DNA of 64,000 nt from Burkholderiales bacterium (GCA_019751125.1 JAIENU010000011.1:291-64290); one strand, 5' to 3'. Counted from the first letter of the stretch, positions 19,195 to 27,716 are shown. The notes: generated from the letters alone by a model not told the origin. Numbers and translations: made by a program.

Positions 19195-20166
19195 ATGGCC
19201 ATAACCATTAAAAAAATAGTCGGCGGTCTTGCACTTGCCGCCATCAGCTGCGGCGCGTTCGCGCAAAGCTTTCCGTCAAAACCGGTGCGCATCCTTGTCG
19301 GCTTCGGTGCCGGTGGCGCCACCGACATCGTCGCGCGCACGCTGGCGCAGAGCCTGACCGCGGACTGGAAGCAGAACGTGCTGGTCGAAAACCGCGCAGG
19401 GGCCAGCGGCATGATCGCCGCCGAGATGACCGCCAAGGCGCCGGCCGACGGCTACACGCTGATGATCACACCGCAGACCAGCCTCGCGGTGGCGCCTGCG
19501 CTGTACGGCAAGGCGCCGTACGACACCATGCGCGATTTCGCGACGATCACGCTGACCGGCTATACGCCGCTGCTGATGGTGATCCATCCTTCTTTCCCGG
19601 TGAAGAACTTCAAGGAATTCATCGCGCTCGCCAAAAAGAGCAAGGAGCCGATCACCTTCGGTTCCGGCGGCGTCGGTTCGTCGCCGCACATGGCCGGCGA
19701 GCTGATGGCCTCGCAGCTCGGCATCAAGATCACCCACGTGCCGTACAAGGGCGAGAATCCCGCGATTGCCGACACCATGGGCGGCCAGATTCCGATCATG
19801 TTCGGCAACCTGCCGGTGGCGGTGCCGCATGTGAACAGCGGCAAGCTGCGCGGCATCGCCAACACCTGGAGCACACGCTCGCCGCTGGCGCCCGATGTGC
19901 CCACGGTGGCCGAGTCCGGCTTCAAGGATTACGCCATCGCCACCTGGTTCGGCCTGCTCGGCCCGGCCAACATGCCGGCTGATCTGGTCGGCCGCATCCA
20001 GCGGGACACTGCGCGCATGTTCAATGTGCCCGCGACCAAGGAAAAACTCACCGGCATGGGTGTTGAGCTGATCCTCAATTCCCCCGAGCAGTTCCGTGAT
20101 TACCTGAAGGGTGAGGTTGCCCGCTACGCCAAGGTGATCAAGGACGCCGGCATCAAGGCGCAATAA
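19195..20166 (+). CDS. Bug/TctC-family substrate-binding protein
   Basis: Signal peptide followed by SFPSKPVRILVGFGAGGATD. SD ggaggag lies before ATG 19195. Confidence 0.9.
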   Translation: MAITIKKIVGGLALAAISCGAFAQSFPSKPVRILVGFGAGGATDIVARTLAQSLTADWKQNVLVENRAGASGMIAAEMTAKAPADGYTLMITPQTSLAVAPALYGKAPYDTMRDFATITLTGYTPLLMVIHPSFPVKNFKEFIALAKKSKEPITFGSGGVGSSPHMAGELMASQLGIKITHVPYKGENPAIADTMGGQIPIMFGNLPVAVPHVNSGKLRGIANTWSTRSPLAPDVPTVAESGFKDYAIATWFGLLGPANMPADLVGRIQRDTARMFNVPATKEKLTGMGVELILNSPEQFRDYLKGEVARYAKVIKDAGIKAQ

Positions 20167-20179
20167 GGTTGCTCAAGCC

Positions 20180-21034
20180 ATGACGCTACCGGTTGCCGTC
20201 ATCGGCCTCGGCGCGCTGGGCCTGCCGGTTGCTTCCCGGCTGCTCGCAGCCGGCCATCCCGTCGCGGTGTATGACGTACGCGCCGAGCCAATGCGCGAGC
20301 TGGCGGCGCAGGGTGCACGTGCTGCCGCGACACCTGCGGAGGCGGCGCGTGAGGCCGATGTCATCGTCAGCCTGGTGTCCGATACCGCGCAGACCGACAG
20401 CATCGTCAGCGGCAAGGGCGGCATCCTGGAAACACTCAAGCCCGGCGCAATCTTTGCCACCGGCAGCACGCTGGGGCCGGCACCGGTGCAGCGTGTCGCC
20501 GCACAGATTGCAGCCAAGGGCGGGCACACGCTGGACATCCCGATTTCCGGCGGCATCATCGCCGCACGTGACGGCGCGCTGAGCCTGATGGTTGGCGGTG
20601 ATGCCGCAGTGCTGCAACGTGCGCGGCCTGTGCTTGAGGTATTCGCCCGCGACATTACCCACTGCGGCGCGGTCGGCAGCGGCCAAGCCGCCAAGCTGGC
20701 GCACCAGCTGGTGTTCGCGGTCAATGTGATGGCACTGCTCGAAGGTCTGGCGCTGGGCAAGGCGGGTGGTGTCGATCCCGAAGTGATGAAAACCGTGCTC
20801 AAGCAGGGCCTCGCCAACAGCACCGTGCTTCAGGTCTGGCACGACCTTGGTCCGCGCTGGAAAGGCATGCTGCAGGCCACCGCGCCCGATGCGCCGCTGC
20901 CGAACATGCGCAAGGACCTGCATCTGGTGCTGGAGCTCGCCGAGGCCCTGGGCCTTGATGCACCCGTGGCCTTGCGTGCTTCGCAGGTGGCGGATTCGGG
21001 CAAGGCGACGGGGCATCTGGATACATTGATTTAA
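20180..21034 (+). CDS. NAD(P)-dependent oxidoreductase, 3-hydroxyisobutyrate dehydrogenase family
   Basis: N-terminal dinucleotide fold VAVIGLGALGLPVASRLLAAGHPVAVYD, with the 6PGDH-type NAD-binding layout. Confidence 0.85.
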   Translation: MTLPVAVIGLGALGLPVASRLLAAGHPVAVYDVRAEPMRELAAQGARAAATPAEAAREADVIVSLVSDTAQTDSIVSGKGGILETLKPGAIFATGSTLGPAPVQRVAAQIAAKGGHTLDIPISGGIIAARDGALSLMVGGDAAVLQRARPVLEVFARDITHCGAVGSGQAAKLAHQLVFAVNVMALLEGLALGKAGGVDPEVMKTVLKQGLANSTVLQVWHDLGPRWKGMLQATAPDAPLPNMRKDLHLVLELAEALGLDAPVALRASQVADSGKATGHLDTLI

Positions 21035-21047
21035 ATGGGTCGTCACC

Positions 21048-21086
21048 CCGGTGCGCCCCGAAGGAAGTCTCCTTGGGGGGCAAGCC
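21048..21086 (+). repeat. GC-rich REP-like palindromic element, copy 2
   Basis: The sequence is ccggtgcgccccgaaggaagtctccttggggggcaagcc, with an imperfect hairpin ccccgaagga / tccttgggg. It is inverted relative to copy 1. Confidence 0.55.
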
Positions 21087-21184
21087 GGGGTCCAGGGGCT
21101 GCGTGAATGTTTCAGCAGTCGTTTTCCTGGATTCCGGTTTTAGCCGGGATGACGAAGTGCTATGGCTTCACCAAGAATAATCAT

Positions 21185-22024
21185 ATGACTGACACCAAAC
21201 CCCGCCTGCAGTCCCCAACCGGCACCTGCGACACCCACATGCACATCTTCGAGCCGCAGTACGCGCCCTTGCCCGGCGCCAATCTGCCGGCGATGCCGGG
21301 CACCATCGCGGCCTATCGCGTGCTGCGTGAACGGCTGGGCATCACGCGCACGGTGATCGTGCAGCCCACCGCCTACGGCAAGGACAACCGCTGCACACTG
21401 GCGGCAATGCAGGCATTGGCTGATGAGCGGCACCAGACGCGCGGCGTGGCGATCGTGCTGCCCGAAGACAGCGATGCCGAAATCGCCCGACTCACGGCGG
21501 CTGGTATCCGCGGCATCCGTTATCACCTGCTGCCCGGCGGCGGGGTGCAATGGGAAACGCTGGAGACCATGGCGGCGCGTGTCGCACCCCAGGGCTGGCA
21601 TGTGCAGATCCAGCTCGACGGCCGTGAACTCGCCGGACGCGAAGCGCTGCTGAAGAAACTGCCCTGCGACATCGTCATCGACCACATCGGCCGTTTCATG
21701 CAGCCGGTGGCGGCGGACGATGCCGGCTGGCTTGCGCTGCGGCGCCTGGTTGATGGCGGGCGCTGCTGGATCAAACTCTCGGCGCCGTACCACGGTTCAA
21801 AAACCGGCGCGCCGTGCTACGACGATGCCGGTGAACTGGCGCGGCAACTGATCCGTGCCGCGCCCGAGCGCATGCTCTACGCCACCAACTGGCCGCATCC
21901 TTCGTTGAAAAGCGGTTTCCCGGATGACGCTGCACTACTCGACCTGCTCAACGACTGGGCGGGCAGTGAGGCGGTGCGCCGGCAGATCCTGGTCGACAAT
22001 CCGGCACGGCTCTATGGCTTCTAA
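21185..22024 (+). CDS. Amidohydrolase-family metal-dependent hydrolase (LigI/2-pyrone-4,6-dicarboxylate hydrolase-like)
   Basis: TCDTHMHIF HxH metal motif near the N-terminus. About 280 aa with TIM-barrel amidohydrolase_2-like length. Start set at ATG 21185. Confidence 0.75.
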   Translation: MTDTKPRLQSPTGTCDTHMHIFEPQYAPLPGANLPAMPGTIAAYRVLRERLGITRTVIVQPTAYGKDNRCTLAAMQALADERHQTRGVAIVLPEDSDAEIARLTAAGIRGIRYHLLPGGGVQWETLETMAARVAPQGWHVQIQLDGRELAGREALLKKLPCDIVIDHIGRFMQPVAADDAGWLALRRLVDGGRCWIKLSAPYHGSKTGAPCYDDAGELARQLIRAAPERMLYATNWPHPSLKSGFPDDAALLDLLNDWAGSEAVRRQILVDNPARLYGF

Positions 22025-22062
22025 AAAATATAAATAAAAACAAATACTTATATTGATATTCC
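22024..22062 (+). repeat. AT-rich intergenic element (core AAAAACAA), copy c
   Basis: The sequence is aaaaatataaatAAAAACAAatacttatattgatattcc, with the core at 22036-22043. It starts at the last base of the amidohydrolase stop codon, at the left edge of the TA/MoxR cluster. Confidence 0.5.
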
Positions 22063-22088
22063 GGGGTGTGCAGGGGTCAGGGCGGGTC

Positions 22089-22123
22089 ATGGCCAGAAAT
22101 GGCCATTTTGGCTAAAATGGCCA
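22089..22123. promoter_or_regulatory. Putative operator of the Phd-like antitoxin operon
   Basis: ATGGCCA occurs three times (22089, 22099, 22117). A perfect palindrome TGGCCATTTT-ggct-AAAATGGCCA spans 22100-22123, 23 bp upstream of the antitoxin ATG, and includes a TAAAAT -10-like hexamer. Confidence 0.5.
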
Positions 22124-22145
22124 AAACTGTCACCGAGGACGCGCC

Positions 22146-22496
22146 ATGTCGACACTGACCTATCGCAACAGCAACGGACAACTGGTTGACCTTCCTTCCG
22201 TTGCCGCCACCCAGCTGAAAAACGGACTGGGCAGCGTGATGGAGCAGGTGATGCGCCGCGGCGCGATTGCCATCACCCGGCACGAAACACCCAAGGCCGT
22301 GCTGCTGGCCTACGACGAATTCGTGGCGCTGACCAGGGACCGCGCGCCGGTGTTGAACGACCTCACCGCCGAATACGACGTGCTGCTCGAGCGTATGCAG
22401 ACGCCGGCGGCGCGCAAGGCCGTGGTCAAGGCCTTCAACGCCACCCCGGAAGAGGTGGGGCGCGCCGCGGTAAAAGCCGCGCGCAGAAAACGCTGA
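22146..22496 (+). CDS. Type II antitoxin, Phd/YefM-like
   Basis: The N-terminus ...VAATQLKNGLGSVMEQVMRRGAIAITRHETPKAVLLAYDEF matches the Phd/YefM pattern. It sits directly upstream of a P-loop toxin-like gene. Confidence 0.7.
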   Translation: MSTLTYRNSNGQLVDLPSVAATQLKNGLGSVMEQVMRRGAIAITRHETPKAVLLAYDEFVALTRDRAPVLNDLTAEYDVLLERMQTPAARKAVVKAFNATPEEVGRAAVKAARRKR

Positions 22497-22539
22497 AGCG
22501 GTTGCTGCCCCGGGTTCTGCGGTCGATGGGCCATGAAGG

Positions 22540-23172
22540 ATGAATGTCCCGCGCATCAATGTGCTGGCCGGCGTCAATGGCGCTGGCAAGAGCAGCGTGG
22601 CCGGTGCAACCATCCGCAGCGCCGGCGGTTTTTATTACAACCCCGATGAAGCCGCACGCGAGATCAAGCTCGCAAGGCCGGGCCTGACCCAGGTCGAGGC
22701 CAACAGCGCGGCCTGGCATCGCGGCCGTGACCTGCTGGAGCAGGCCATCGCGCGGCGGCTCGATTTCACCTTCGAGACCACGCTTGGCGCCACCACCATG
22801 ACGAAATTGCTCGTGGCTGCGGCAGCACAGGGCATCGAAGTGCATGTCTGGTACACCGGGCTCACCACGCCCGAACTGCATATCGCCAGGGTCCGCGCCC
22901 GTGTTGCACGTGGCGGCCATGACATTCCTGAAGAGACCATCCGCCGCCGCTTTGACCACAGCCGGTTGAACCTGATCACGCTGCTGCCGCACCTGGCTTC
23001 GCTGCGGGTCTATGACAACAGCACCGAAGCTGACCCTGCCGCCGGCAAGGCGCCCAGGCCCCGGCTGGTTCTGCACATGGAAGGTGGACGCATACGCAAT
23101 CCGCAGGATCTGCCGCGGGTGCCGGAGTGGGCCAGATCAATCGCGGCGGCGGCAATGAAGCCTTTAAAATAG
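22540..23172 (+). CDS. Zeta-toxin-like P-loop kinase/ATPase (COG4185-type)
   Basis: INVLAGVNGAGKSS Walker A at the extreme N-terminus. About 210 aa and paired with an antitoxin-like gene. Confidence 0.65.
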   Translation: MNVPRINVLAGVNGAGKSSVAGATIRSAGGFYYNPDEAAREIKLARPGLTQVEANSAAWHRGRDLLEQAIARRLDFTFETTLGATTMTKLLVAAAAQGIEVHVWYTGLTTPELHIARVRARVARGGHDIPEETIRRRFDHSRLNLITLLPHLASLRVYDNSTEADPAAGKAPRPRLVLHMEGGRIRNPQDLPRVPEWARSIAAAAMKPLK

Positions 23173-23197
23173 ATATTGATCCCATCAGAGTGTTCAC

Positions 23198-24172
23198 ATG
23201 CCGAACAAAGCCGATCTGAAGCTCGCCGCGCAGCGCCTGCTGCCGGATTCCGTCGAGGCCGTCGAAGTCGGGCTGCAGGCCGCGGGTTACATCAGCAGCC
23301 GCGCCATTGCGATGGCGGTGTATCTCGCCTGCCAGCTGCAGAAACCGGTGGTGGTTGAGGGCCCGGCCGGTGTGGGCAAGACCGAACTCGCCAAGTCGCT
23401 GGCGCAGTGGCTGGAGCTGCCGCTGATCCGCCTGCAGTGTTATGAAGGGCTGGACGAGGCCAAGGCGCTGTACGAATGGAAGTACGGCAAGCAGCTGCTC
23501 TACACCCAGATCCTGCGCGAGAAGATCGGCTCGGTGATCGGTGATACCGACAGCCTCGATGCCTCGCTGACCAAGCTGCGCGGTTTTGGTGACGTGTTTT
23601 TTTCACATGACTTCCTCGAGCCGCGGCCGCTGCTGAAGGCGCTGGAGCAGCCGCGCGGCAGCGTGCTGCTGATCGACGAGATCGACAAGGCCGACCAGGA
23701 ATTCGAGGCCTTCCTGCTCGAAGTGCTGTCCGACTACCAGGTGACCGTGCCCGAGATCGGCACCGTCGCGGCGCGGGTGCCGCCGATCGTGCTGCTCACT
23801 TCCAATTCCACCCGCGACCTCGGTGATGCGCTGAAGCGGCGCTGCCTGCACCTGCACATAGATTTTCCGGATGCAAAGCTCGAATCACGCATCGTCAGCA
23901 CCCGGGTGCCGGGCATAGACGAAAAACTGCTCGCGCAGCTGGTGAGTTTTGTGCAGCAGTTGCGCGCGCTGGACCTGCGCAAGCCGCCCTCGGTCAGCGA
24001 AACCATAGACTGGGCGCGCACGCTGGTGCTGCTGCACACGGCGGTGCTCGGTGATGCGGTGGTGCGCGAAACACTGAACGTGCTGCTCAAGTTCGAGGCC
24101 GACATCGCGGTGGCCGACAAGGAAATCGGCAACCTGCTGCATCGCGCGCGGCGCGACGCCGGCGTGGCGTGA
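23198..24172 (+). CDS. MoxR-family AAA+ ATPase (CoxD-like)
   Basis: Walker A VVVEGPAGVGKTE and Walker B VLLIDEIDKA, with typical MoxR length (324 aa). GTGA overlap with the downstream VWA gene. Confidence 0.85.
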   Translation: MPNKADLKLAAQRLLPDSVEAVEVGLQAAGYISSRAIAMAVYLACQLQKPVVVEGPAGVGKTELAKSLAQWLELPLIRLQCYEGLDEAKALYEWKYGKQLLYTQILREKIGSVIGDTDSLDASLTKLRGFGDVFFSHDFLEPRPLLKALEQPRGSVLLIDEIDKADQEFEAFLLEVLSDYQVTVPEIGTVAARVPPIVLLTSNSTRDLGDALKRRCLHLHIDFPDAKLESRIVSTRVPGIDEKLLAQLVSFVQQLRALDLRKPPSVSETIDWARTLVLLHTAVLGDAVVRETLNVLLKFEADIAVADKEIGNLLHRARRDAGVA

Positions 24173-25503
24173 ATCCGGCCAGCGAGCCGCTGCGGCGCTT
24201 TCTGGAAACGGCGCGCGGCGCCGGGCTGCACATTTCCGCGGCGGAGAGCATCGATGCCGCGCGTACGGTCGAGGTGATCGGCTACGCCGACCGCGACAAC
24301 CTGAAAAACGCCCTCGGCCTGGTCCTCGCCAAAACCCCCGACGAAAAAGCGCTCTACGCCGAAGCCTTCGAGCTGTACTTCCGCCGCGAGCGCTTCGACT
24401 GGACGGGCGACCCATCCGGATCCGCGCCGCAAACCGCGGCAGCCAGCGCACTGGCGCGCATGCTCGAACACAACGACAGCGCCGGCATCACCGCGGCGGT
24501 TGAGGCCGCTGCAGTCGCGGTGGGCCTCGAGCAGATCCGTTATTTCACCCAGGGCGGTCTGTACACGCTGCGCATCCTGCGCCAGGCCGGACTGGGCGCG
24601 CTGGAAGACGAAATCACTGCGCTGCGCGGCAGTGGTAATGCCCAGGATGCGGCGCGTGCCGAGCGTATCGCCGGTCAGGTGAAAACGTTGCGTGCCGCGG
24701 TGCGCGCCTATGTTGACCGCCACCTCGAAATGTTCGGCCGTGGCGAGCTGGAGGCCATGCACACGGACCGCCTGCAGGCAGCGCGGCTCTCCGGTGTCAG
24801 CGCGCGCGACCTCGAGCGCCTGCGCGCGCTGACGCGGCGCATGGCGCGCAAGCTGGCCGCGCGCTACGCACGCACCCGCCGGCGCAAGCTGCGCGGCCAG
24901 CTCGACATCCGCCGCACCATCCGCCGCAACGTGGGCTGGGGCGGCGTGCCCTTTGTCACCCACTGGAAGCAGCGCAAGATCGACAAGCCCAGCGTGCTGG
25001 TGCTGTGTGACGTGTCAGGTTCGGTGGCTGATGTATCGCAGTTCCTGCTGATGTTTCTGTATGCGCTGAACGAGGCGCTGTCCGACCTCAGGGCCTTTGC
25101 CTTTGCCGGCGGCACCATCGATGTCAGCGAAATCCTCGAGCGCGAGCCGGTGGAGCAGGCCATCCACCGCATCCTCGATGCGATCAGCCACCAGTCCTCG
25201 AACTACGGCAACGCGCTGGCCGAGTTTGAAGCGCAGTGGATGAAGCTGATCACGCCCAAAACCACGGTGATCATCGTCGGCGACGCACGCGGCAACAACA
25301 ACGATCCGCGCATCGACATTTTTGAACGCATCTCCAGCCACGCGCGGCGGGTGATCTGGCTCAACCCCGAGCACCCGGCGAGCTGGGGCACGGGCGATTC
25401 CGACATGCCGCGTTACGCGCCGTTCTGCAGCCTGCTGCGCGAGTGCAATTCGCTGCGCCACCTGGATCGCGCGATCGGGCAGATGCTGGCGCAGCAGGGG
25501 TGA
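24169..25503 (+). CDS. VWA domain-containing CoxE-like protein
   Basis: 444 aa with a C-terminal VWA segment LVLCDVSGSV (MIDAS DxSxS). This is the usual partner of CoxD-type MoxR ATPases. GTG start overlaps the MoxR stop. Confidence 0.8.
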   Translation: MNPASEPLRRFLETARGAGLHISAAESIDAARTVEVIGYADRDNLKNALGLVLAKTPDEKALYAEAFELYFRRERFDWTGDPSGSAPQTAAASALARMLEHNDSAGITAAVEAAAVAVGLEQIRYFTQGGLYTLRILRQAGLGALEDEITALRGSGNAQDAARAERIAGQVKTLRAAVRAYVDRHLEMFGRGELEAMHTDRLQAARLSGVSARDLERLRALTRRMARKLAARYARTRRRKLRGQLDIRRTIRRNVGWGGVPFVTHWKQRKIDKPSVLVLCDVSGSVADVSQFLLMFLYALNEALSDLRAFAFAGGTIDVSEILEREPVEQAIHRILDAISHQSSNYGNALAEFEAQWMKLITPKTTVIIVGDARGNNNDPRIDIFERISSHARRVIWLNPEHPASWGTGDSDMPRYAPFCSLLRECNSLRHLDRAIGQMLAQQG

Positions 25504-25522
25504 GGTTGCGGGTAAGGACTGC

Positions 25523-25550
25523 TTGAAATAAATACAAAATTTTGTATAAT
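25523..25550 (+). promoter_or_regulatory. Sigma70-type promoter with embedded palindromic operator for the HigB-like/XRE cassette
   Basis: TTGAAA (25523-25528), a 16-nt spacer, then TATAAT (25545-25550). A perfect 12-bp palindrome ACAAAATTTTGT (25534-25545) lies in the spacer. The toxin ATG is 7 nt after the -10 and has no SD. Confidence 0.6.
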
Positions 25551-25556
25551 TAACGA

Positions 25557-25883
25557 ATGAAGCCAGTTACGTTTCTGGGGGATTCGCTGGATGCGCTCAG
25601 GCTTTTTCCGCAGACCGCACGACGCATGGCCGGGCTGCAGCTTGATCGCGTGCAGCGGGGCTTGGAGCCGGATAGCTGGAAACCGATGGCATCAGTGGGT
25701 GCAGGGGTTCGAGAGATTCGGGTGCGCGAGGCGTCTGGCGCGTTCCGGGTTATTTACGTGGCTCAGCTTGCGGATGCGATTTATGTGTTGCACTGTTTCC
25801 AGAAGAAAAGTGCCAAGACGAGCCGGATGGATATTGACATCAGTCAGCGCAGGTATCGTGATTTGATGAGAGGCGGATCATGA
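25557..25883 (+). CDS. Type II toxin, RelE/HigB superfamily (phage Gp49-like, DUF891-type)
   Basis: 108 aa. VREIRVREASGAFRVIYVAQLADAIYVLHCFQKKSAKT is the characteristic Gp49/HigB-like core. ATGA overlap with a downstream XRE gene. Confidence 0.8.
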   Translation: MKPVTFLGDSLDALRLFPQTARRMAGLQLDRVQRGLEPDSWKPMASVGAGVREIRVREASGAFRVIYVAQLADAIYVLHCFQKKSAKTSRMDIDISQRRYRDLMRGGS

Positions 25884-26161
25884 AGGCAAAGCGTTACGAG
25901 AGTGTCTGGGATGCCATCGAGGCAACGCCGCAAGCCGCGGCGAGCATGCGTGCCCGCTCAGCATTGATGATCGAAATTTCGGAACACATTCAACGCTCGG
26001 GCTGGACCCAGCGCGAAGCAGCAAAAATGCTGGGGGTGACTCAGCCCCGCATTTCTGACCTGGTGCGGGGACGTATCGAGTTGTTTTCCCTGGATATGCT
26101 GGTCGACATGGCTGCGGCCGTCGGACTGAAGCCCAGGATCAGCTTCAAGCGCGCGGCCTGA
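25880..26161 (+). CDS. XRE-family HTH antitoxin (HigA-like)
   Basis: 93 aa. WTQREAAKMLGVTQPRISDLVRGRIELFSLDMLVDM is the typical HTH_XRE antitoxin partner of Gp49-like toxins. Confidence 0.8.
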   Translation: MKAKRYESVWDAIEATPQAAASMRARSALMIEISEHIQRSGWTQREAAKMLGVTQPRISDLVRGRIELFSLDMLVDMAAAVGLKPRISFKRAA

Positions 26162-26181
26162 GCGTCTGGCTCGATGGACGC

Positions 26182-26247
26182 CGCGAGTGTAATCCGCTGC
26201 GCCACCTTGACCGCGCGATCGGGCAGATGCTGGCGCATCAGGGATAG
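26182..26247 (+). pseudogene. Orphan duplicate of the 3' end of the VWA/CoxE-like gene
   Basis: 66 bp align with 25438-25503 with about 8 mismatches. They still encode ECNPLRHLDRAIGQMLAHQG-stop, against ECNSLRHLDRAIGQMLAQQG-stop in the intact gene. Confidence 0.8.
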
Positions 26248-26271
26248 CTGCTGGTCGGCAGGAAGTTGCCC

Positions 26272-26649
26272 TCAGGCCCACCGCCGGATCAGCGGGCGCA
26301 CCTTCAGGAACAAGCGGTAGGCGCATTCGAGCAGCCAGGCGATGCCCGGCCACTGCGCGATGCGCCCGAACATCGGCCACGGCGCCGGCAACTCCTGCCA
26401 CAGCGCCGCGAACGCCCGTGCACCGCTTTCCATACGGCCCGCGGCAGTGCGCACATGAAAACGCGCCAGCAGATCGCTCTGGCACAGGCCATCCGGGCAG
26501 GCGGCTTCCTGCGCCACGTCGTGCCAGTGCACGCGCTGCGCGCGGTCGAGCCGCCGGTAGAAGGCGATCTCGCGCCGGCACAGCGGACAGGCGCCGTCGT
26601 AGAACACGGTCATGCGCGGGTCGGCCGGCGCGGCTGGGGTTTCAGTCAT
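26272..26649 (-). CDS. Thiol-disulfide oxidoreductase DCC family protein (DUF393)
   Basis: VFYDGACPLCRREIAFYRRLD CxxC motif at the N-terminus, 125 aa. Confidence 0.85.
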   Translation of the reverse strand: MTETPAAPADPRMTVFYDGACPLCRREIAFYRRLDRAQRVHWHDVAQEAACPDGLCQSDLLARFHVRTAAGRMESGARAFAALWQELPAPWPMFGRIAQWPGIAWLLECAYRLFLKVRPLIRRWA

Positions 26650-26732
26650 GGTCCCGAGTCTAAGGCTCAGCGGTCACGCGCGGCGGGACCACGCCGGCTG
26701 ACCCGGGCTTGTTCGTGCTTACTTGGGCTTAT

Positions 26733-27716
26733 TCACTCGGGCTGGTAACCCGAAATCTTCACCATCTCCGCGAAGCGCTTGTATTCCGACTCCATGAACG
26801 CGGTGAAGGCCTTGGCGCTGTCGCCGACCGGGGCGAGGCGCAGGTTGTCGAGCTGCTCGACCACGCGCGGCACTTTCAGTGCCTTGGCGAATTCAGCGTT
26901 CAGCTGGTCGGCGATCTTTGCCGGCAGTTTCGCCGGGCCGAACACGCCATACCAGCTCATGTTGTCCATTGTCGCACCGGGAGCGCCGGCTTCGGCAATG
27001 GTCGGCACCTCGGGCATGAAGGGCGCGCGCTTGGGGCCGGTGTAGGCCAGTGCGCGCACGCGCTTGGCTTCGATATGCGGCATACCCAGCGGTGTCGTCA
27101 CAAACATCACCTGCACTTCACCGGCGACCAGCGCCGCCATCGCCGGGCCCGCGCCCTTGTACGGCACATGCACCATGCGCGTGCCGGTGCGCGCGTTGAA
27201 GAGTTCACCCGCCAGGTGCAGCGTGTTGCCGGGGCCGGCCGAGCCGAAGGCGAGTTTCGAGGCCGGGTTGCGGCCCAGCGCGATCAGCTCCTGCACCGTG
27301 TTCGCCGCAACCCTGGGATGCACCGCCAGGAAATAACCGCCGCCGGTGGCGACATTGGTGATCGGCGTGAAATCGCGCCGTGTGTCGAAGGGCAGTTTTT
27401 TCTGGGTAAAGGGATTGGTGGCGAAGGAGGCCGAGGTCAGCAGCAGCGTGTAGCCGTCCGGTGAACTCTTGGCAACCAGGTCCGCGCCGATGATGCCGTT
27501 GGCGCCGGGGCGGTTGTCCACCACCAGCTGCTGGCCGATCTGCGCCGACACCTGCGCGCCCACCAGCCGCGCCACCGTATCCGGCGCGCCGGGGCCGAAG
27601 CCGACGATCACGCGGATCGGGCGCACGGGGTAGCTGGCGGACTGCGCAAGGGCCAGCGCGGGCATGCAGGCGCAGAGTGTGGCCAATCCGATGGCGAATG
27701 TGCGGCAAGTCAACAT
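26733..27716 (-). CDS. Bug/TctC-family substrate-binding protein
   Basis: Signal peptide [24 protein letters not shown] followed by [20 protein letters not shown]. Start set at ATG 27716. Confidence 0.9.
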   Translation of the reverse strand: MLTCRTFAIGLATLCACMPALALAQSASYPVRPIRVIVGFGPGAPDTVARLVGAQVSAQIGQQLVVDNRPGANGIIGADLVAKSSPDGYTLLLTSASFATNPFTQKKLPFDTRRDFTPITNVATGGGYFLAVHPRVAANTVQELIALGRNPASKLAFGSAGPGNTLHLAGELFNARTGTRMVHVPYKGAGPAMAALVAGEVQVMFVTTPLGMPHIEAKRVRALAYTGPKRAPFMPEVPTIAEAGAPGATMDNMSWYGVFGPAKLPAKIADQLNAEFAKALKVPRVVEQLDNLRLAPVGDSAKAFTAFMESEYKRFAEMVKISGYQPE

